Of a stretch of 45,584 bases of DNA, positions 38,366 to 45,584 are shown one piece after another (position 1 is the first letter of the stretch; each line of letters starts with the position of its first letter). The position numbers were made by a program, and so were the translations under genes. Source of the DNA: Clostridia bacterium (GTDB lineage Bacteria > Bacillota > Clostridia > TANB77 > CAG-465); contig JAZSNU010000019.1 of assembly GCA_045536565.1 (NCBI GenBank), forward strand, positions 1 to 45,584, given 5' to 3'. The notes beneath the pieces are model-generated. The model ran no database searches. It saw nothing but the letters and a program-made list of their open reading frames with translations, and was not told the DNA's origin.

Positions 38366-39158
38366 TTTATATCCATTATATAGTAGCAGTTCCGGCAATA
38401 TGTATTTAATAGAAAGCGAAAACTCCAATATACTTATTGATATTGGAGTTTCATATAAGAAAGTTAAAGAGTCTCTTAATGCAATATCAAAGGAGGCTTC
38501 TAATATTGATGCCATTTTTATTACTCATGAACACAGCGACCATATAAAAGGTCTTAATATGTTTATTAAAAGCAATCCAACTGTTACAGTATATTCTTCT
38601 ACTGGAACAGCAGAATATTTAAAAAATTCCCTTACAAAATCTAAGATTAACAATTTTAATATTATAGATATTTCAAGTTTAAATAACACTGTTAATATTA
38701 AAGACCTATATATTGAAGCATTTAAAACATCGCATGATGCTATTGACCCTGTGGGTTACAAAATATCATGTGATGACAAATCAATTACTATCGCTACTGA
38801 CTTAGGTATAATGACAAATGATGTATTTTCTCATCTTTGTTCATGTTCTTTACCTGTAATAGAATCTAATTATGATAAAGATATGCTATTTGCTGGAAAA
38901 TATCCATTTGAAATAAAAAGAAGAATTGCAGGCCCTTATGGTCATTTGTCAAACGAAGATAGCGGACAAGTTATATTAAAACTTGCTGAAAATGGTAATA
39001 GAAACTTTTTACTTAGTCATATGAGCGAAAACAACAATATTCCTGAACTTGCAAAAGAAACCATACTCTCTACTCTATCATTATCAGGTTTTAATATAAA
39101 CGAATTTAATATAAACATTGCTAGTAAGGATTTTTCATCGGAGGTATACAGTTTATGA
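38358..39158 (+). CDS. MBL-fold metallo-hydrolase (YycJ/WalJ-like)
   Basis: SSSSGN, ITHEHSDHIKG, SHDAIDP, ATDLG, IESNYD, GHLSN, LSHMSENNN; precedes rlmH. Confidence 0.9.
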   Translation: MLNLYPLYSSSSGNMYLIESENSNILIDIGVSYKKVKESLNAISKEASNIDAIFITHEHSDHIKGLNMFIKSNPTVTVYSSTGTAEYLKNSLTKSKINNFNIIDISSLNNTVNIKDLYIEAFKTSHDAIDPVGYKISCDDKSITIATDLGIMTNDVFSHLCSCSLPVIESNYDKDMLFAGKYPFEIKRRIAGPYGHLSNEDSGQVILKLAENGNRNFLLSHMSENNNIPELAKETILSTLSLSGFNINEFNINIASKDFSSEVYSL

Positions 39159-39643
39159 TAAACATTAATATAATTTGTTTAGGGAAAATAAAAGAAAAAT
39201 ATTTATCAGATGCTATTTCGGAATATTCAAAAAGACTATCTAAATTTTGCAAACTAAACATTATAGAGTTACCAGATGAAAAATTACCAACTAACCCTAA
39301 CGATAGTTTAATAAAAGAAGTTAAAGAAAAAGAAGCAAAATTAATTGAAAACAAACTTGCTAATATAAAATCAACATATGTAATATGTTTAGACGAATTA
39401 GGTAAAAGTCTATCATCAACGGAATTTGCTGATAAGATTAATGATATATCAATAAATAATTCTAGTTCTATCACTTTCGTAATTGGTGGAAGTTTAGGTC
39501 TTTCAGATACTATTAGAAATAAAGCAAACTATGTTTTATCGTTTTCTAAACTAACCTTCCCTCACCAATTATTTAGAGTATTTTTGCTAGAACAATTATT
39601 TAGATGTTTTAAAATATTAAATAATGAACAATACCATCATTAA
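39155..39643 (+). CDS. rlmH: 23S rRNA (pseudouridine1915-N3)-methyltransferase
   Basis: GKIKEKY, FVIGGSLG, SKLTFPHQLFRVFLLEQLFR, YHH. Confidence 0.96.
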   Translation: MININIICLGKIKEKYLSDAISEYSKRLSKFCKLNIIELPDEKLPTNPNDSLIKEVKEKEAKLIENKLANIKSTYVICLDELGKSLSSTEFADKINDISINNSSSITFVIGGSLGLSDTIRNKANYVLSFSKLTFPHQLFRVFLLEQLFRCFKILNNEQYHH

Positions 39644-39699
39644 TTTCCAGATTTTCCCTTATTTGTCGATGTGTTTTTGCAAAAGTAAGACATATTTCG

Positions 39700-39728
39700 T
39701 TGAAATTTGTCATATTTTGTGATATATT
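39700..39728 (+). promoter_or_regulatory. Sigma-A promoter of abrB with degenerate 0A-box-like sites nearby
   Basis: TTGAAA-17-TATATT with extended TG; TGTCGAT at 39664-39670 is one mismatch from TGTCGAA. Confidence 0.5.
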
Positions 39729-39757
39729 GTTTTAAGAAAAAAGGAGTGTGTAAATTT

Positions 39758-40006
39758 ATGGAAACTACTGGAATCGTAAGAAGACTGGACGAGTTAGGTA
39801 GAATAGTTCTTCCGATGGAACTTAGAAAAACATTAGATTTAAAAGTAAGAGATTCACTTGAAATTACCACTGATAAAGGAGCAATTATTTTAAGAAAATA
39901 TTCTCCTGCATGTACTTTCTGTGGTAAAGATACAAAAGTGACAGATTTTAAAGGTAAAAACATCTGTTTAAAATGTCTAGAAGAAATAAAAGCACAATTA
40001 GATTAA
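39758..40006 (+). CDS. abrB: AbrB-family transition-state regulator
   Basis: METTGIVRRLDELGRIVLPMELRKTL, C-terminal CxxC...CxxC; SD AAGGAG. Confidence 0.92.
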   Translation: METTGIVRRLDELGRIVLPMELRKTLDLKVRDSLEITTDKGAIILRKYSPACTFCGKDTKVTDFKGKNICLKCLEEIKAQLD

Positions 40007-40020
40007 TAATTTATATTAGG

Positions 40021-40065
40021 AAAAAGAAGGAATGTGTATAATAAAATATACTTTTCCTTCTTTTT
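40021..40065. terminator. Bidirectional terminator
   Basis: AAAAAGAAGGAA/TTCCTTCTTTTT between convergent abrB and smpB. Confidence 0.7.
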
Positions 40066-40511
40066 TACCCATTTTGTTTTGTTAACTTGTCTAACCTTCT
40101 CTTTACTTCTTTCTCTTTAATGCTTTCTCTTTTATCATATAGTTTTTTACCTTTACATAGTGCAAGTTCTACTTTTACATATTGATTATTAAAGTACACT
40201 TTTGACGGTATTAATGTATATCCGTTTTGTTTTATGCTACCTACAAGTCTTAATGTCTCTGATTTATGTAATAGTAATTTTCTATCTCTTGTTTCATTAA
40301 CATTATTAATATTACCATGTTCATATGGCGCAATATACATATTTTTTAATATTACTTCCCCATCTTTTATAAGGGCAAAGCTATCTTTTATATTAAGTTT
40401 AGAATCTCTTATTGATTTTACCTCTGTTCCTTTAAGTGCTATTCCACATTCGATTTTCTCTTTTATTTCATATTTATATCCTATTTCTTTATTTGTTGAA
40501 ACAATCTTCAT
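40065..40511 (-). CDS. smpB: SsrA-binding protein
   Basis: GIALKGTEVKSIR, RDRKLLLHK, GKKLYDKRE. Confidence 0.96.
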   Translation of the reverse strand: MKIVSTNKEIGYKYEIKEKIECGIALKGTEVKSIRDSKLNIKDSFALIKDGEVILKNMYIAPYEHGNINNVNETRDRKLLLHKSETLRLVGSIKQNGYTLIPSKVYFNNQYVKVELALCKGKKLYDKRESIKEKEVKRRLDKLTKQNG

Positions 40512-40530
40512 GTTAAATCTCCTTTTACTA

Positions 40531-41979
40531 CTACTGATTATATTTTATATATTTATTAACTATGTCTGTATTAGAATAAATTGCCTTATCCCAAGCATTT
40601 TTATTATATTTACTATTACTCCCATCAAATCTTGCACCTAATTCATATGCCTTAATTAACACTTCGTCAATATCTTTGTTACCATTTTTGAGCAACACCT
40701 TTGTTATATATGTATCCGGAATGTCGAGATTTACTTTAATAGCAGCATCATATTGTTTTTCTTTTATATATCTTATTTTTGTTTCCAATTTATTTATATT
40801 GTTTATGGTACATTCAGTATTCTCTTTTACTATTGGTATATAGTTTGTTATATTGACTATTAAACTAAGTTTATCTTTTGCTTTACTTTGAGAATATATT
40901 GTTACTATTTCTTCTGCTACTGAAAATATATCATCTATATCTTCATATGTTTCATATGGAAGACCAATATTAAAATTTAGTTTAATACTACTCCAATTGT
41001 TTTTAAACACCGTTTTTATCTTTTCTATTAAACTACTTCTATCTATACCTAAACAGTCTATTTCTTTGTTTATTCTTGTGCTACATGTTCCTACATTAAA
41101 GGTAACACTTGCTTTTTCAAAGCATGACAATAATACTGTTATAATATCAGTATTAAAAATACTAAAATCAATATTCTTTATACTTATCCTTATATTTTCT
41201 ATATTTGCTTTTAATCTGTATACTATATCACAAAATTTTATTTCAGTAATTTTATCATAGTTTATAAACGAAACTTTTGTTATTCCTTGATTTTCAATGC
41301 ATTTTTTTACCATATCTATCATACTATCTATATCGTTTACTTCAAGCACATCTACTATTATGCTAGAATTTTCAATTTTTATAGAAGGAATAACATCAGA
41401 TATAGGATAATCAATATCAATGTTTTTATGTATTCCTAATTTTTTTGTTATATAATGAATTACCTCTTTAATTTGTTTATTTTCTTTATCGCATTTTATT
41501 ATTTCATCTACAAAATTTTCTATTAATTTTGTATTTGTATTTTCGTTTACCGTTACAATAATTTCTGGGAATTCTTTATTTCTGTCTGATTTATTTAATG
41601 GAATGTTAGATAGTTTTAACATATTAATAAAATTAGTATAATCTGTTTCATTGTCTATAACAAACACCAACATATTTTTATTTCTTATATTTTTAAAATC
41701 TTCAAGTGAATATAGCTCGTAACTATTTTGCAAAAGTAAATTTTCAAAATCTTTTTCAGGAGTAAAACATCTTGTACAATATACATCGTCAATTTTATTT
41801 ATATTATGATATAGCATTTTTACAACATAATTTGACATTGCTTTTTCATATATGTTTGGATAGCACAATGTTATCGAATATCTATATTTTTGTTTAATAA
41901 TTTGATTAACTTCTCCACCAATATATCTTGCAGGTTTAGTTATATTTTTAAGCATTCCATTTTCTATTATCTCTCTCAC
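40531..41979 (-). CDS. Degenerate homolog of the TIGR03960-type B12-binding radical SAM family, lacking CxxxCxxC
   Basis: KPARYIGGEVN, CYPNIYEKAMS, IKLNFNIGLPYETYEDI, AYELGARFD; no three-cysteine motif in the translation. Confidence 0.7.
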   Translation of the reverse strand: MREIIENGMLKNITKPARYIGGEVNQIIKQKYRYSITLCYPNIYEKAMSNYVVKMLYHNINKIDDVYCTRCFTPEKDFENLLLQNSYELYSLEDFKNIRNKNMLVFVIDNETDYTNFINMLKLSNIPLNKSDRNKEFPEIIVTVNENTNTKLIENFVDEIIKCDKENKQIKEVIHYITKKLGIHKNIDIDYPISDVIPSIKIENSSIIVDVLEVNDIDSMIDMVKKCIENQGITKVSFINYDKITEIKFCDIVYRLKANIENIRISIKNIDFSIFNTDIITVLLSCFEKASVTFNVGTCSTRINKEIDCLGIDRSSLIEKIKTVFKNNWSSIKLNFNIGLPYETYEDIDDIFSVAEEIVTIYSQSKAKDKLSLIVNITNYIPIVKENTECTINNINKLETKIRYIKEKQYDAAIKVNLDIPDTYITKVLLKNGNKDIDEVLIKAYELGARFDGSNSKYNKNAWDKAIYSNTDIVNKYIKYNQ

Positions 41980-41997
41980 TGCTATATCCTTTCTAAA

Positions 41998-42927
41998 TTA
42001 AAAATATCTTGTCCAATAAATAGATGTTCCATAATTTACACTATAAAAACTATTATTTATTGCATTACTAATTAGTTCCATTTTACTCCTTATAGGGCTA
42101 TCTATATTAGTATAATATGTTGGTATATCTTCTGCTATCATTGTATCTGCAAATACTTCTGCCCTATCTTCTTTATCAGAATATTTAGAATAAATACTAA
42201 CAAAATGTGGCTCTCTATTTTCATCCATATTAAGTACATATGATGTATCTAAAAGTGCTATATTATTTTGATAACTAAATCCTTCTGGATTATATTTATT
42301 CCAATCTTTATATATTTCATTAATATCAAATTCTAATTTCATGTAATATTCTAATATATGATACATTTCATGGTGTACTGATTTTGGTATTTTTGAGTTT
42401 TGTGTAGCATTGCTTAAATAAATTTTGAAATTATTATTTGAATCCCTTGTTGCCAAAGCAATATTATCATTTTTAAAAACATTTACCAAACAAATCTCTA
42501 CACCATAATCTTTTAATTGAATTTCTTTAAATATACTACTTGGGTATTTTTCTAAGCAATCAATTAATTCTACCAACATATTGTTTATATCTTCCTGATT
42601 ATATATAGGTGTTGCATCAGCAGAACTTGCCAAATACTCAGTACCTTCACCATATATAACATCTAGATTATATACTCTCTTTATTTCACCTATTAATTCA
42701 AGATTTGATGTAGTCTTATCTACTATATTATTAGACTTTTCTAAAATAAGTGGATTTATTTTTTCTACTTGTCCATATCCTACTTCTTGTAGTTTCTTTT
42801 GTATGTTATTTTTATTATTATCCCTAAAAATAAATGTACTTACCACAAGGGATGCCATAATTAAAACGAATAATGAAATTGTTACATTTAAAGAATAATG
42901 TTTTTTATCATAATTTCTTCTATTCAT
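41998..42927 (-). CDS. Membrane-anchored putative zinc metallopeptidase
   Basis: N-terminal TM helix; HHEMYH (HExxH) and downstream FVSIYS...EDRAEVF. Confidence 0.7.
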   Translation of the reverse strand: MNRRNYDKKHYSLNVTISLFVLIMASLVVSTFIFRDNNKNNIQKKLQEVGYGQVEKINPLILEKSNNIVDKTTSNLELIGEIKRVYNLDVIYGEGTEYLASSADATPIYNQEDINNMLVELIDCLEKYPSSIFKEIQLKDYGVEICLVNVFKNDNIALATRDSNNNFKIYLSNATQNSKIPKSVHHEMYHILEYYMKLEFDINEIYKDWNKYNPEGFSYQNNIALLDTSYVLNMDENREPHFVSIYSKYSDKEDRAEVFADTMIAEDIPTYYTNIDSPIRSKMELISNAINNSFYSVNYGTSIYWTRYF

Positions 42928-42928
42928 C

Positions 42929-43933
42929 TTATATGCCCTCCTTGCTGTTTAATACTTCTTGTTTCATGCCGTTTAGTATATACTCTGCTGTTATATTTTT
43001 ATCATTTAAATCATTTTTGTTTATACTAACTGCCTTATCGTCAATTTGTATGTCAATTCTATTTATATCTTTAAAGTATTCCCATTTTTTTAACTTGTTA
43101 ACGAAAGTTAATAAATTATCCATGTTTGAACTTTGTACATTAGATATATTGATTTGTATAATATCAGGTATTGTTGCAATTTTTGAATACTCATATCTAC
43201 ATTTTATATCCAATTCAGCAACTTTATTATCTTTAACAAATATATTCATACTAGCATTTATTCTTTTATTAAACTCTTCTTTTCTATTAATTAAATTTAC
43301 ATCTACTATCTCTTTTTTGTTATTATAATTTAATGTAACTTCTGTATTATCAATAATTGCAGTAAATTCATATTTCCCACCGTTATATGAAGGTATATAT
43401 TCAGTTTTATCTATGTAACACTCAGAATATCCATAATTTCTATTTATATAGTCTGATATGTTTTTCTTTGCAACTATATAACTTATCATGTTACTATTTA
43501 CTATATTATTTAAAATAATTGGTAAAAGTACAGTAAATACTAATGCGACAATATATGCGATCTTATGGTAGTATTTTATAAATTTCCTAAGTTTAATGTT
43601 TTGAGATAACACATTTAATATATGTCCTGTAACAACACCAAAGACAATCATAATAGCAGAATATATTGCAAATAGAACAATATTTAAATTAACACTATTT
43701 TCTATCAAAGCACCAAATGTAAAAATGCTAATTGTTCCAAGCAGTACTGTTATTACTGGTTTATTAAACATAATAACACCAAATATACCAACAATATATA
43801 GCATTGGTACCATTCGTATAAATAAATTACCACATATGGTAAAATATGCACCTAGTATTATTAGAATAATATATACAATTGCTTCAATTGTTATCAATAT
43901 TTTTTCCTTTTTAGGAATGAACATATCTGTCAC
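42929..43933 (-). CDS. Hypothetical membrane protein
   Basis: SD GAGGTG before GTG 43933; multi-TM N-terminal half, soluble C-terminal half. Confidence 0.7.
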   Translation of the reverse strand: MTDMFIPKKEKILITIEAIVYIILIILGAYFTICGNLFIRMVPMLYIVGIFGVIMFNKPVITVLLGTISIFTFGALIENSVNLNIVLFAIYSAIMIVFGVVTGHILNVLSQNIKLRKFIKYYHKIAYIVALVFTVLLPIILNNIVNSNMISYIVAKKNISDYINRNYGYSECYIDKTEYIPSYNGGKYEFTAIIDNTEVTLNYNNKKEIVDVNLINRKEEFNKRINASMNIFVKDNKVAELDIKCRYEYSKIATIPDIIQINISNVQSSNMDNLLTFVNKLKKWEYFKDINRIDIQIDDKAVSINKNDLNDKNITAEYILNGMKQEVLNSKEGI

Positions 43934-44044
43934 AATACCCACCTCATCCCATATATTATATCTTAATGTCTTATATAATGTCAATCAAAATGAATAGAAA
44001 AACACCCTCAAAATACAACTATTTTAAGGGCAAAAATGTTTTAA

Positions 44045-45208
44045 TTATATAAGTTTAACTTCAAGTTTAAACATATCTTTTATTCCATTTACAACATAAT
44101 CCATAACCGTTTTCTTTTCTATTTGCCTATCTAGGTAAATACTTTCTTCATATATTTTTTCATTTTCAACATACATCTCTATAAATCCTAATTTGTATCC
44201 TTTGCAAAGTGGTGCTTTTATAACAGGAAGTAATGTTTGTTTTATATATATTTCTTCATATTCCTCATCTGTAAGTGCTACTTTCATTTCACGGGTTATA
44301 TATTTTTCATAACATTCTTGTTTACCTTTATATATGGGAATATTTATATACCAATTCATATTCTTAGATATATCTCTCATTTTATAATTATTAAGTGCAT
44401 ATTCTAGTAAAAGTTTAGCATCGTTAAATCTTATATCTGTTGTTTCTGCTCCTAATATAACTGCAATAACTCTTAAATCTTGTTCTGATCCAGAAGCAAT
44501 TAAACATCTATTAGCGCCATTTGTAAAGCCTGTTTTAACGCCATCTGCTCTATTATATGTCCTAAGTAGCCTATTTGTATTAGAAAATGTTTTTACTGTT
44601 TTTCCAAACTGAATATTTATGGTATTTGTGCCTACTATTTCATTTATTATCTTATTATTTAAAGCATATCTTGTTATAATGGCCATATCATATGCCGTGC
44701 TATAATGTCCTTCCACATCTAACCCATGAGGATTTTTAAAACTAGAATTTTTAGCGCCTATTTCTTTTGCTTTATCTGTCATCATATTTCCAAATGTATC
44801 TATATTTCCTCCAACATATTCAGCCAGCGCATATGCACAATCATTTCCGGATTCCATTAGCATTCCATACATTAAAGCCTTTACAGTTATTTCATCACCT
44901 TTTTTAACCCCAACAGTAGAGCCTCCTATGCTACCTGCACCAGTTTTAATTGTTACTATCTCATCTAATTTTACATTTTCTATTGTAACAATTGCTGTCA
45001 TTACTTTTGTTAAACTTGCTATATTTCTCTTAGAATATCCATCTTTTTCATATAATACTCTACCACTAGTAAAATCCATAACAATAGCAGAAGGTGAAGA
45101 TATTTTTACTTTACTATTATTTTGTTCTATACCATAGATTTCTAAATTGTGAGAAAAAAATATAATTAACATGCAAGAAGTTATTGCTATTTTTTTTATT
45201 ATTTTCAT
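44045..45208 (-). CDS. D-alanyl-D-alanine carboxypeptidase (S11, DacB/DacF-like)
   Basis: Signal peptide; ASLTK (SxxK), SGN, KTG, NPHGL motifs. Confidence 0.93.
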   Translation of the reverse strand: MKIIKKIAITSCMLIIFFSHNLEIYGIEQNNSKVKISSPSAIVMDFTSGRVLYEKDGYSKRNIASLTKVMTAIVTIENVKLDEIVTIKTGAGSIGGSTVGVKKGDEITVKALMYGMLMESGNDCAYALAEYVGGNIDTFGNMMTDKAKEIGAKNSSFKNPHGLDVEGHYSTAYDMAIITRYALNNKIINEIVGTNTINIQFGKTVKTFSNTNRLLRTYNRADGVKTGFTNGANRCLIASGSEQDLRVIAVILGAETTDIRFNDAKLLLEYALNNYKMRDISKNMNWYINIPIYKGKQECYEKYITREMKVALTDEEYEEIYIKQTLLPVIKAPLCKGYKLGFIEMYVENEKIYEESIYLDRQIEKKTVMDYVVNGIKDMFKLEVKLI

Positions 45209-45236
45209 AAAAGCACCTCTTTTTATATATTATGCA

Positions 45237-45271
45237 AAAAGCAAAACTAGCATTACACTAGTTTTGCTTTT
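45237..45271 (-). terminator. Terminator after rsmE
   Basis: AAAAGCAAAACTAG/CTAGTTTTGCTTTT perfect inverted repeat. Confidence 0.75.
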
Positions 45272-45276
45272 ATGTA

Positions 45277-45584
45277 TTAATTATCATAAATATAATTAAA
45301 TATTGATAGAAGATATAAACTTGCTGTTTCTGCTCTTAATATTCTTTTACCTAGACTTACTTCATAAACATTGCTGCATTTTGATATAATTTGGATATCT
45401 GTTGTATCAAATCCACCTTCTGGTCCAATTATTATACCGATAGATACTTTCTGATTTTCATATTTTTCTTGTACTCTTAATATAGTTTCCTTTAAACTTT
45501 TATTACTTTTTTCATAAGCAAATATATTTATATCATTACTATTTAAAGATGATATAAATGTTTCTTTATCTTTTATATCAATAA
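45277..45584 (-). CDS. rsmE: 16S rRNA m3U1498 methyltransferase, 3' part (truncated by the window edge)
   Basis: Hand translation gives IIIGPEGGF and SLGKRILRAETA; stop at 45277-45279. Not in the ORF track. Confidence 0.93.
   Translation of the reverse strand, partial: IDIKDKETFISSLNSNDINIFAYEKSNKSLKETILRVQEKYENQKVSIGIIIGPEGGFDTTDIQIISKCSNVYEVSLGKRILRAETASLYLLSIFNYIYDN

Noticed and set aside
39707-39757. N-terminal extension of AbrB
   Set aside because: It overlaps the promoter; the SD supports ATG 39758.
416-45137. Numerous ORFs antisense or out-of-frame to core genes (e.g. 416-892, 1629-2090, 14279-14728, 17179-17967, 26680-27068, 32257-32685, 34434-35738, 42873-43328)
   Set aside because: They shadow well-supported genes, show Ser/Ile/Phe/Leu-biased antisense composition and have no recognisable motifs.

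Overview
Very AT-rich chromosomal window from a spore-forming Clostridia-like bacterium (taxon inferred from ylbJ, abrB, dacB/F-like and Spo0A-like genes). It is mostly core genes: rpoZ-cmk-priA-def-fmt, rpmB, pyk, aspS-gpsA, secG-rnr-trmB, ruvB-queH-thrS-LCP-cysS-femAB-pgeF, murA-yycJ-rlmH, abrB, smpB and a partial rsmE. Several self-contained accessory units are interspersed. The most notable are: (1) a soluble chimeric AAA+ protease (Clp N-domain, ClpA/B/C-type first ATPase module, FtsH-type M41 zinc protease) with a perfect sigma-A promoter; (2) a DUF3800-family gene, +1 frameshifted at an AGT-C-GGT site inside its DESG motif, followed by a separately promoted ~65-nt three-way-junction RNA; (3) a short Cys/Lys/Glu-rich gene enclosed by nested long-range inverted repeats in its 5' and 3' flanks; (4) three tandem 114-aa membrane paralogs, one of them mosaic; (5) a tandem Spo0A-C-like gene split at an A8 tract; (6) an orphan divergent ClpX; (7) a radical-SAM homolog without its cluster motif; and (8) a candidate pseudoknot RNA at the left edge. 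No rRNA, tRNA, CRISPR array or intact mobile element was recognised. All family calls come from motif recognition by eye, not from database searches.
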